Below are positions 38,628-47,833 of a stretch of DNA of 64,000 nucleotides, piece after piece; the stretch's first letter is position 1; each line of letters begins with the position of its first letter. This DNA is from Candidatus Sumerlaeaceae bacterium (lineage in GTDB: Bacteria; Sumerlaeota; Sumerlaeia; Sumerlaeales; Sumerlaeaceae). Under the pieces are notes generated by a model. The model worked only from the letters and a program-made list of their open reading frames with translations, did no database searches and was not told the origin of the DNA. Made by a program: the position numbers and the translations under genes. The stretch spans positions 128,001 through 192,000 of the forward strand of contig JBPCLP010000020.1 of assembly GCA_051003195.1 (NCBI GenBank), given 5' to 3'.

Positions 38628-41153
38628 ATGGGCAAGTATGCAACGTTTGCGCTCTGCGCATGGCTGCTTAGTGTATCCTGTCCTGGGTGGGTAAAGCCCC
38701 TGCAGAGCCGCCTCGCACCCGGGCCTGGCAACATCAGCATCACGCCATATCTACGCAACACCGCGCAGTTTGGGCCGTTTGCTCCAGGCACGCTTGATCA
38801 TCCGCTATTTCACAGCAGCTACACAGGTGAGCCGGGACGCGTAGTCGCGCACACAAAGTATGGTGACATATCCGCGCAGGATTTTTACCTTTGGCTGATT
38901 ATGCGCGAAGGCCCTCACCGAGCCTACCTGCTGGAAGCTTATGACAAAAGCCGTACACCTGCGGATCGAGAGTCACTCGCCAACGCGATTCGCGTAGAGA
39001 TTGATGAGTACGTCTTCACCAACTATATCGTTCCTGAAATCATGGGAAACGCTCCATGTGACGGGGTCGCGGCAGTAAAGGAACAGATCTATCTTTTACC
39101 CGCTTACCAGCTTGCCTACATCAAAAGTCTGCTTGAACCAACGTTGTGTGTGCTGCCAGCAGACCGTGTAAAGTATCTGCAGGAGCATAAGACAGAGATT
39201 CTGCGGCCGGAGACCTTCCGTACCCGCTATATTTTCAAGGCCTCAGGGGAAGCAGATCCGCTCGATGACCAGGATGCGACTGAGCAGGAGATGAACGAAA
39301 TCCGCGAGGAAATCGTTACGGGGAAGATCTCGTTTTCTGAGGCAGCACGCTCCCATTCCGAAGCACCAAGCGCGGAGCGAGGCGGCGAAATTCCCGCGTT
39401 TAAGACTGGCGAGCTTTTCTTCTTTTACGAGGAAGCAGCCGCAGGATTGCAACCGGGTGAAGTCAGCCACGTTTTCCGGGGACCCCGGGGATATTATATG
39501 GTGCAGCTGCTCGAAGCGCAGCCTGCGGATGAACCAAACCTCGCGGACCCGGTACAGGCGCAAAAGGTAGAGGAAGCGCTGACCAGGCAGATTTTGCGCG
39601 AAGCATACGACTGGGATCTACGCTCACTGTTGCAACTGAACCGACGTCCCAAGTACCACAACCAGCTCTGGGATCTGCTGGAAGACTGCGACCCGGTAGC
39701 GCAACTCTGTGACTTCGAAATTACCAAGCAACAACTTCGCGATGCGTTTCCGGAGATTGAGGGAGACGACCTCCGCCTGCGCAAGGGGCTGGTAGAGACA
39801 TGGCTGAAAACGATTGTGGAGAGATCGGCCATGGCGCTCGAGGTGAAAGATCACGGTAAAGAAAGCGATCCGTGGTTGCAGCGCGGACGCTGGATGGCAG
39901 CAAACCTGGTTCGGCGCGACGGCTATGTGGACAAGCTGCGGTGCAGTCTTGAAATCAACGAGCCCGCCGTTCGGCGGTTTTGGGCTGAGCATCCGCGACT
40001 GTTCACTCCACTTGCCGTGAAGCGGCTCATCCGGGTTACCATGGCTCCTTTGAACACGGCACCTTTACCATCACAGACTCGCGACGAATTGCACAGAATC
40101 CTGGTACAGGCCGGCGGCGGCGCTCCGACCGTTGCGGTCGTGCGCGAGAAGCTTCAGCCTGAGGAAATCAGCGCGGGGCATGTCGTGCGTGAATCGTTCA
40201 GGCAGACTGAAAAATTGTTCCAGGCGCTGGAAGAAGACGCCCCATCTACCACTGAACCGCAGGCCGAGATACTTCCCGAGATCGAGCCGGCCGAAAAACC
40301 AGTGAATGCCGGTGTGATGATACCGGGCTTGAAGGCGCTGCCTTCGCCTGGGCAGGTGACCAGCGGTACGCTTGCCGAATTACGCGGTGGCGGAACCAGT
40401 GAACCTCCGCAGGGCGGTGGTTGTGTGCCGCTCAGCAGCGGCGTAGCCCCCCCGCCTGTTGAAAAGGTGCTGTCGCCGGGGACCCTGGTGCACGAAGACA
40501 CTGCCGAAATGGTGCCACCACGGGCGGTTACGCGGCCATCGGGTTCTTATGACAAGGTGTATGCAGCGCCATCGTCCGCAGAAGAAGTGGAACTGATTCA
40601 CGGCAACTGGCGCGCCGCGTCCATCCAGGCACCCCCCGGACCGGACTGCAAGCCGCTCCCGGCATCCAGCGTAGCACCGGCGGTGGCCCCGGGGCTGCAA
40701 TTGCAGCGCGCGCCTAACGAGAACAAGCAGCTGGTGCCGCCAGAGACCTCGAACTATCCATTTAACCCGGATTGGTTCTTCGCGCGGATTGATCCGACGA
40801 ATCTGCGCGCGGTGGTGAAAAGTTATATCAGTTCGGATTTCGTACTGAAGTACGACGACCTTGGCTACGTCTATACCGAGGATGTAGCGGCGGTTCCACC
40901 CGGGATCGAAGCAGTTCCCGTGGGAGCATTCAGCAATCCGTATATCGTCAATAACCAGGCTGTCTCGTACTACGTTGAGGATGCGCGGACCGTCGAAAAG
41001 CCGCCGTTCGAGAAGATCAAAACCCACGCCTACTCAACGTACGAACAGGTTCAGACGGACAAAGAGCTGCAGCGATCCTTCAAGGACCGTGTATCTGGAG
41101 CGGGTATCAGCTATACGTTTGAGCAGCACTCGGCGAGCACCGCTCAAAAGTAG
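38628..41153 (+). CDS. Large exported PpiC/rotamase-domain (SurA/PrsA-like) protein with Pro-rich insertion
   Basis: Signal peptide; FSEAARSHSEAPSAERGGEI..F...LQPGEVS.VF.GP.GYY; long Pro/Ala-rich segment before the C-terminal part. Confidence 0.75.
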   Translation: MGKYATFALCAWLLSVSCPGWVKPLQSRLAPGPGNISITPYLRNTAQFGPFAPGTLDHPLFHSSYTGEPGRVVAHTKYGDISAQDFYLWLIMREGPHRAYLLEAYDKSRTPADRESLANAIRVEIDEYVFTNYIVPEIMGNAPCDGVAAVKEQIYLLPAYQLAYIKSLLEPTLCVLPADRVKYLQEHKTEILRPETFRTRYIFKASGEADPLDDQDATEQEMNEIREEIVTGKISFSEAARSHSEAPSAERGGEIPAFKTGELFFFYEEAAAGLQPGEVSHVFRGPRGYYMVQLLEAQPADEPNLADPVQAQKVEEALTRQILREAYDWDLRSLLQLNRRPKYHNQLWDLLEDCDPVAQLCDFEITKQQLRDAFPEIEGDDLRLRKGLVETWLKTIVERSAMALEVKDHGKESDPWLQRGRWMAANLVRRDGYVDKLRCSLEINEPAVRRFWAEHPRLFTPLAVKRLIRVTMAPLNTAPLPSQTRDELHRILVQAGGGAPTVAVVREKLQPEEISAGHVVRESFRQTEKLFQALEEDAPSTTEPQAEILPEIEPAEKPVNAGVMIPGLKALPSPGQVTSGTLAELRGGGTSEPPQGGGCVPLSSGVAPPPVEKVLSPGTLVHEDTAEMVPPRAVTRPSGSYDKVYAAPSSAEEVELIHGNWRAASIQAPPGPDCKPLPASSVAPAVAPGLQLQRAPNENKQLVPPETSNYPFNPDWFFARIDPTNLRAVVKSYISSDFVLKYDDLGYVYTEDVAAVPPGIEAVPVGAFSNPYIVNNQAVSYYVEDARTVEKPPFEKIKTHAYSTYEQVQTDKELQRSFKDRVSGAGISYTFEQHSASTAQK

Positions 41154-41235
41154 CCGCGCTATCGCGTAAGTCGTGATGTCGACCCGGCAAAACTTTTAGT
41201 TCCCATCCACACACGCGCGACTTCTTGTCTATCCC

Positions 41236-42165
41236 ATGCGCTTTGTTTTGCGAAGGGTCATTCTGTCGGTCGTGACGCTGTTCGTCATTGCTTCGGCAAC
41301 CTTCTTTTTAATGCATTCGATACCGGGCGGGCCTTTCAGCCGCGAGAGAGCCCTGCCGCGGGAAATCGAGGCTAATCTCGCGCGCAAGTACAACCTCGAT
41401 GAGCCGGTACTGAAGCAGTTCGCGCGCTACATTGCCAGTGCGTTGCGCGGGGATCTTGGGCCCTCTTTCCTGCATGAGGGCCGCACAACCAATGACATTA
41501 TCCGCGAGGGCTTTCCCAAATCTGCAGTGCTAGGTATTGCGGGGTTCCTGATTGCGCTGGCGGTGGGACTGCCGATGGGGATCCTGGCGGCTTTGCGGCG
41601 CCATCGCATGGTGGATCGCGGGCTGATGCTGCTGGGCGTGCTGGGTGTAAGCGTGCCGAGTTTCATCCTGGCCAGCCTGCTGCAGTACTTCTTCAGCTAT
41701 CGACTGAAATGGGCCCCGGCAGCAGGTTGGGGGGAGAGCCCGTGGCAGGTGATCCTGCCTGCGCTTGCTCTTGCGGGTTTTCCGGTGGCATTCATCTCGC
41801 GGCTTGTGCGCACGAGTATGTTGAACGTGCTCGACGCGGACTGGCTGCGAACCGCAAAAGCTAAAGGACTGGGTCGCGCGATGGTCATTATGCGCCACGC
41901 ACTGCGAAATGCGATACTGCCGGTCGTTACCTACTCGGGTCCGCTGCTCGCGTCCTTACTGACGGGCAGTTTCGTTGTGGAAAATATCTTCGCCATCCCG
42001 GGGCTGGGCAGTTCCTTCGTACTCAGTATACAGGACCGCGATTATACCGTTATCATGGGCGTGACGCTATTCTATAGTGCCCTCCTGATAGGCTTTAATG
42101 TCCTCGTTGACGCTATGTATGCCTGGCTCGATCCGCGGATCAGCCTGGAGGCGCCGACGAACTAA
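41236..42165 (+). CDS. oppB: Oligopeptide ABC transporter permease (OppB/DppB type)
   Basis: IPGGPF, GDLGPSF, SVPSFI, RTAKAKGL..HALRNA.LP, GSFVVENIFAIPGLG, DPRI. Confidence 0.9.
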   Translation: MRFVLRRVILSVVTLFVIASATFFLMHSIPGGPFSRERALPREIEANLARKYNLDEPVLKQFARYIASALRGDLGPSFLHEGRTTNDIIREGFPKSAVLGIAGFLIALAVGLPMGILAALRRHRMVDRGLMLLGVLGVSVPSFILASLLQYFFSYRLKWAPAAGWGESPWQVILPALALAGFPVAFISRLVRTSMLNVLDADWLRTAKAKGLGRAMVIMRHALRNAILPVVTYSGPLLASLLTGSFVVENIFAIPGLGSSFVLSIQDRDYTVIMGVTLFYSALLIGFNVLVDAMYAWLDPRISLEAPTN

Positions 42166-42467
42166 CCGCGAACACGGCGGCGTGTACCTACTTATGCCGC
42201 GGCTCCATGGCGAACTCTGCACCACCATCGATAAAAGCTAAACACGCGGCACGAGTACCGCTGCCCGCAAACCCTGCACCCCCATCGCGCCAAAGCTGAC
42301 GACGCAGGCCCCTTGAGACCGAATCTCGTCAGCCGCAAAAAAATCCCTTCGAAAGCCCCTCTTTCCTGAAACTTTGCCCTTGTAAGCGCCGCTATTTTTC
42401 ATCATCTCTACCCTGATTATTCCGAGACCCGCGCTCTGCGGCATGCTTAAAGGAGTTGTAGTCAACC

Positions 42468-43673
42468 ATGCGTATCCGATTCAAGAAAGCCGACCTTCTG
42501 CCCGCCGCCGCAATTGTGCAAAGTGTGGCGAACCCACAGAGTACATTGCCGATCCTGTCGAACGTTTTGATCACAACAGATCACGACAACCTGGTAGGCT
42601 TGTCAGCCACGGACTATGAAACCCGCGTACGCATCGATGTGCCTGCGGAGGTCGAAAAAAAAGGGACGGCAACCGTGCCGGCAAAAACCTTTTATGACCT
42701 GATCAAGGAACTACCGGACGACGGCGAAGTGATACTGGAGGCGAAGGAAAAGGGTGCGCACATCAAGTGCCGCGACATCCGCGCTGAGCTTGCCACGATG
42801 CCTGCAAAGGATTTTCCGAAGTGGCCGGAACTGGAGACTAAGGCATCCATCGACCTGCCGCAGCGCGAGCTGCGACGCCTGCTGGAAAAGGTGCTGTTCG
42901 CCGTGCCAACCCGCGATCCGCGCAAGGTCCTGCTGGGCGCACTGGTCGAATTGCGCAAGGGCAGCCTGACCGCCGTCGCTACAGATGGTAAGATACTCGC
43001 GCACATGCGCCTGCCGCTGCAGCAGCAATTCACCGAGGGCGCCGGCGAGTACAACCTGGTCATCCCTCATAAAATCCTGGATGAACTATCCAAAAGCCTC
43101 GGCGACGAAGGTACGGTAAACCTCTCCTTCGATGACCGGCAGGTCGCATTCCGGCTGAACCGCATCCTCTACGTTTCCAACCAGATCGAAGGGAAATACC
43201 CGAATTACGACGCTGTCGTGCCGAAGGAATTCGGGCGCGAACTGCGTTTCCAGAAGCCGCCGATGATGGGCGCCATTCGCCGTGCATCCATTCTGAGCGA
43301 TATTAAGAACTCGGCTATCTCGATGGCATTTTCGGGTGATCACGCAACTATCGAAGCCGAAAGCTATGACAAGGGGCGCATCCACGAGCAGATTCCTGCC
43401 GTTGTGGATGGCGAAGATTTCAAGATCGTGTTCAATTACAAGTTCGTCAATGACGTGCTGAAGGCCATCGACAAAGAAGAAGTCGTACTGCAGGTGAACC
43501 AGCCGACGACGCCGGCGGTGTTCCGCGGCAGCGACGTCGCAGACAATTTCTACCTGGTGATGCCGATCAAGCTAACCGAAATCCGCGACTACGAAGACGG
43601 GGCAGACGAGAATAGCGAGCCGGCGGGCGCTGAAGAGCGCGAGGAAGAATACGCGGCTGCCGAGGAAGAATAG
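42468..43673 (+). CDS. dnaN: DNA polymerase III beta sliding clamp
   Basis: TLPILSNVL, LSATDYE, VPAKTF, VATDG, IEGKYPNY, FNYKF, YLVMPIKL; AAGGAG RBS; acidic C-terminal extension. Confidence 0.95.
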   Translation: MRIRFKKADLLPAAAIVQSVANPQSTLPILSNVLITTDHDNLVGLSATDYETRVRIDVPAEVEKKGTATVPAKTFYDLIKELPDDGEVILEAKEKGAHIKCRDIRAELATMPAKDFPKWPELETKASIDLPQRELRRLLEKVLFAVPTRDPRKVLLGALVELRKGSLTAVATDGKILAHMRLPLQQQFTEGAGEYNLVIPHKILDELSKSLGDEGTVNLSFDDRQVAFRLNRILYVSNQIEGKYPNYDAVVPKEFGRELRFQKPPMMGAIRRASILSDIKNSAISMAFSGDHATIEAESYDKGRIHEQIPAVVDGEDFKIVFNYKFVNDVLKAIDKEEVVLQVNQPTTPAVFRGSDVADNFYLVMPIKLTEIRDYEDGADENSEPAGAEEREEEYAAAEEE

Positions 43674-43684
43674 ACGGCAGCGGT

Positions 43685-45136
43685 TTGGGCTCCAATTGGA
43701 AGGCTGACCTAAAGGCTGTTAAACCAGGTATAATCGAAGCCAATTACCCGCGGCACGAGTTAAGGCTTTTTGTGAGCCTGCTGCTTACCACGGTTGTCCT
43801 GTCGTTAATCCTCTACGCACCAGTTCTCAGGTCGTTCTTCGTCTTTGACGACCTCTCACTTATACGAATCGCGTGTCTTGATCTTCGAACATGGACTGAT
43901 TGCCTGCGTCCAATAGGGAATGGTTTCTGGCGTCCGGAAGCCCTGGTGCTTACGCGGGCTACTTCCGCGGCGTTCGGATACTCGCCGCTCGCGTTTCACC
44001 TCGTCGCTGTTATCATCCATTCCTGCGCTGCGGCAATGACCGGGCTATTTGCACAGGCGCTTTTTCCTGGGCGAAGTCTACTTCCGTGGCTCGCAACCGT
44101 GTTGTTTGTGGGAAACCTGGCTACGTGGGACGGTGCATCGCAGTTCCAGAACATCGGCGATTCGCTGCTCACTCTATGGCTGCTGCTTGCTTTATATTTA
44201 TGGCAGCGTTCGTTGCGTTACGGTGAGATGCACTGGTTCTATGTGCTTTTGGTAAGCGCGGTGGCTATACTTGCGATCGGCGCTAAAGAGACGGGTATCA
44301 TAGTAGGACCTGCACTGTTGCTGCTGACGTTTTTTAGCAGGCGCGGTACACGATCGCACTATGTGGCTGCCGCTCTTATTGTCGCGATCGATCTGGCGTA
44401 TGGACTCCTGGCGCTGCATTGAATGCACAATATGCCGCAATCCTATCTGGCCGACGCCAGATACGATATTAATCCACTACATGTGCTGAGACAACTTCTG
44501 GATTATGTCGCTTCTGAAGTGCTGCCGTACCTTCATCTTTTTGAAGCGCCTGTTGTTCCGTTCCGCCTGCCTCACGAAATCTTGTGGATCTTGCGCTTCC
44601 TAATTCTTCTGGCTCTCGTTCTGATGGTCTGGCGTTCAGCGGAGAAAAAACATAATGATGTTCTTTGCCTGCTCGCGCTCGGCGTGCTCCCGCTGCTACC
44701 GATTATCGTACTTTCCGGTCCGCCCCAAGGTCGCTATGTATACTGCTCGGTCGCCTTTATGGCCATTCTGCTGGCATGGGTTCTCTGTGGACGCGCCGCC
44801 ATTACGCGCTTTCTCCGACCGGCAGTTGCCTTGTTGCAGGTATGGATGTGGACGGGCTTTTACAAATCGCCGAGCATCGTCAATTTCCTGCGAATGACTC
44901 ACGATGTCGAGGTCCTGGTTGGTCAGCTCCCCGGCTATTGCAAGGAATGGCCCGAGGGGTCGACCATTACCATTTTAAATCATCCGCACCCGGGCACTGC
45001 CCCGTATCGATGGGTATACGTTCAGCATCTTGTCGCAATATTCTGCCCGGAAACATCGGTGACAGTAGCCCTGGATCGAGTTCCCGGAGCATATAAAACG
45101 TACCGATTTGAGAATGGCGAACTCGTCGCTTTATAG
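43685..45136 (+). pseudogene. GT-C/PMT-like membrane glycosyltransferase split by one in-frame TGA (44420-44422)
   Basis: ORFs 43685..44422 and 44423..45136 are in the same frame and abut as CAT-TGA-ATG; motifs FFVFDD, FWRP, FHLVAVIIH, AKETG, RYVY. Confidence 0.7.
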
Positions 45137-45172
45137 TACGGAGCGGAGTGAAGTATGAACTAGAAGGGCGTG

Positions 45173-46273
45173 TCATGTGCCGGCCATTGTGATGACGGCT
45201 TTTGGCACACGCCGCGACTCGATATCCGCGAGGGCTGTTGCAGCATCTTCCAGCGGGTAGCGCCATTGGGAAAGCTTGTGCCAGGGGTGGTGGTCCTGGT
45301 GGCGCGCCATCGCCAGGATCGCGCCGTGGAAGTGGCTGTAGTCGCTGCCCCAGCAGCCGCGCACGTCCAGGTGCTTCCTGTTGATGTGCGTGTGCGGGTT
45401 GATTGCGACGTCGCCGCAGTCGGTGTATTGACCCAGGACAATGTAACGGCCCGCGTCACGCGCCAGAGACATCCCTTCAGGGATCGCAGCCGGACTGCCG
45501 GTGGCTTCAATGACGACGTCCGCTCCGCGCCCGCCGGTGCGCTGTTTAACGAAATCCAGCCGCTCTGCCTCGCTGGTTGTGTCGATGTCCAATGTATGGT
45601 TGGCTCCCATTTCTTTTGCGAGCGCCAATCGGTCCGCCGGAGCACCGACGACAATGATCTCCCCCGCTCCCGAAATGCGAGAGAACGCGACCGCACTTAG
45701 CCCCACCGGGCCGCAGCCTTGGACCAGCACGGTGTCATTCATTCGGATGCCTGCGCGTTGGACACCATGAAAAGCCGTTGGCGCACCGCAGCCGCCGCCG
45801 ATGAATGTCTCAGGAGATAACTCAGAGGGAAGGCGTATGGCTTTCACGCCGGGCTTGAGGTACACGCGCTCACTCCAGCCTCCCAGCAGGCCATCGCGCG
45901 CGGAGTACGTGATGCCATACACCTTGCGTGATGGGCACCGTGTGCTGCTTTTGCCAACGAGGCAATGCCAGCAATGTCCGCATGTCTCATGTACATCCAG
46001 AAAGGTTACCATGTCGCCTGGCACGAAAGCCTGCCCGTGAATATCAGATACGTTCCCCGCGACGTCGGTGATTCGACCGACGCTTACATGCCCGGGGATA
46101 ATCGGGTATGGCACGCCCGCCAGCCGTCCATGGAACAGGTGAACATCCGTGCCGCACACCTCGGAGTAAATGGGCTCCATCAGCATTGAACCGGATTCCA
46201 TGGCGGGCAATTCGAATTGCGTCAGTTCCAGCGGCGCACCGGGAGCTGGCATGATCACACATTTTACTTTCAA
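45173..46273 (-). CDS. Zn-dependent alcohol dehydrogenase (MDR family)
   Basis: CGTDVH, PIIPGH, CGHCWHC..C structural Zn site, GCGPVG. Confidence 0.92.
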   Translation of the reverse strand: MKVKCVIMPAPGAPLELTQFELPAMESGSMLMEPIYSEVCGTDVHLFHGRLAGVPYPIIPGHVSVGRITDVAGNVSDIHGQAFVPGDMVTFLDVHETCGHCWHCLVGKSSTRCPSRKVYGITYSARDGLLGGWSERVYLKPGVKAIRLPSELSPETFIGGGCGAPTAFHGVQRAGIRMNDTVLVQGCGPVGLSAVAFSRISGAGEIIVVGAPADRLALAKEMGANHTLDIDTTSEAERLDFVKQRTGGRGADVVIEATGSPAAIPEGMSLARDAGRYIVLGQYTDCGDVAINPHTHINRKHLDVRGCWGSDYSHFHGAILAMARHQDHHPWHKLSQWRYPLEDAATALADIESRRVPKAVITMAGT

Positions 46274-46331
46274 TGGTCACCGCGAATAACGGGACGGGTT
46301 ATATTCCAGTGCTCGGCCATTCGGAATTTGA

Positions 46332-47678
46332 TCAGCCCTTGGCCGATCCCATCGTGATGCCCGCGATGAAGTGCTTTTGCATGAAGGCATAAACCAGAAG
46401 GATGGGGACGACAGCCAGTGCCGAGCCGGCCATCTGCATTCCATAATCCACGGTTCCATGCACGTCTTCCATCGTGGCGATTCCAAGCTGGAGCGTTTTC
46501 ATGCTGTCTTTGTTCGTCAACACGAGCGGGTAAAGATACGTGTTCCACTGGTAGATAAAACGGAATACTGCGAGTGCAGCAAGCACCGGCCGGGCAGTTG
46601 GCAGCACGATCTTGCGATAGACCTGGAAATCGCTGGCACCGTCCACACGCGCAGCCGCAATCATATCGTCGGGTATGTTCTCCATGTACTGCCGCACCAG
46701 GAAAATTCCGAATGCGCTTACGATGCCGGGTATGATTAGCGCCGCGTATGTATTATAGAAGCCAAGCTTTGCGAAAATGAAAAACGTGGGGACCAGGGTC
46801 ACGGGGTACGGGATCATGAGGGTGCCGACGAGCAGAAGAAAGAGCGGGCGCTTAAATGGAAACTCGTATTTCGCGAAGGCAAATGCCGCAAGTGAATCCA
46901 GGAAAACCCCGAGCAGTACGGTTGAGATTGCAACGAACAAGCTGTTTATGAACCAGCGCGGATACCCTGTGGATACCCACTTCAGGACGTTGGCCTGCAG
47001 CAGTGTATCCCAATCCAGCAGAATGCGGTAATTGCGCAGCATACGGGTGAGCACCGCTCCGCTGCTATGCGGCACGGCACTGCCCTCAACGGGAACCCAC
47101 AGGCCTTGCTGCTGCCCCGGAAGATAAATCGTGACGGGTTGAAACGTTTTCAATCGAGAAGCTGCCGGGCCGGATACTTCGACAATCGCTTCCAGTGACG
47201 GGTTGTTCATGTCGGGCCGTTCCAGCGACAGCTTTTGCCCATGGATTGTTCGCTCTGGCAGGGGCTTCGGCTCAGGCCAGGGCGAATAAGGTGCTTCGCT
47301 CGTCGGCAGCATCGGCACAGTTTCGGTTCGATTCAGAGCGACAGCCTGCTGGCCGTTCAGTTTAACTTTTACCCACGCAGAACGCTCGTTGAAAAGGCTC
47401 AGGAGTTCGCCCGGGAGAAGCTGCCCATTTCCAACCTGCGCTGGACCTTTTAATGATATGAGCAGCATATAGATAAATGGAATGATCACGACCGCCGCGG
47501 TCATAGTGAGCACAGCCATCGCCAGCAGCGTAAACCAGATGCTGCGTCCGTGCAGCTTCTGGGAGTGGTAATCGGCGAGCTTTTCCTCGCTGAGATCCTC
47601 GCGCGGGACCCGTGCCGCATCCCCGGAGCCGTGGCCGCGCCAGGTCCATCCGCGATGGCTCTTAGGTATGTATGTCAT
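46332..47678 (-). CDS. Carbohydrate ABC transporter permease (MalG-type) with large extracytoplasmic loop
   Basis: FINSL, AAFAFAKYEFP, TLMIP.PVTLVP, IP.DMIAAARVDGAS (EAA motif), WN.YLYP, MQKHFIAG. Confidence 0.88.
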   Translation of the reverse strand: MTYIPKSHRGWTWRGHGSGDAARVPREDLSEEKLADYHSQKLHGRSIWFTLLAMAVLTMTAAVVIIPFIYMLLISLKGPAQVGNGQLLPGELLSLFNERSAWVKVKLNGQQAVALNRTETVPMLPTSEAPYSPWPEPKPLPERTIHGQKLSLERPDMNNPSLEAIVEVSGPAASRLKTFQPVTIYLPGQQQGLWVPVEGSAVPHSSGAVLTRMLRNYRILLDWDTLLQANVLKWVSTGYPRWFINSLFVAISTVLLGVFLDSLAAFAFAKYEFPFKRPLFLLLVGTLMIPYPVTLVPTFFIFAKLGFYNTYAALIIPGIVSAFGIFLVRQYMENIPDDMIAAARVDGASDFQVYRKIVLPTARPVLAALAVFRFIYQWNTYLYPLVLTNKDSMKTLQLGIATMEDVHGTVDYGMQMAGSALAVVPILLVYAFMQKHFIAGITMGSAKG

Positions 47679-47833
47679 GGCGCGAGTGACCTGCGAACAG
47701 GATTGGCATACAGGCAGCGCACGATAGAAGCGATGCTACGTGGGCCCGTCACCGCCGTGTCAAGAGGCGTGCCGGTGCCAGGGGTACTGGATGGGTGTTC
47801 GAAGGCTCCGCTAAAGATGAAGCGGGCAACAGA

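Noticed and set aside
44420..44422. Selenocysteine or genetic-code reassignment at the in-frame TGA
   Set aside because: It is not a redox-motif context, no evident SECIS follows, and TGA is used as a normal stop elsewhere in the window
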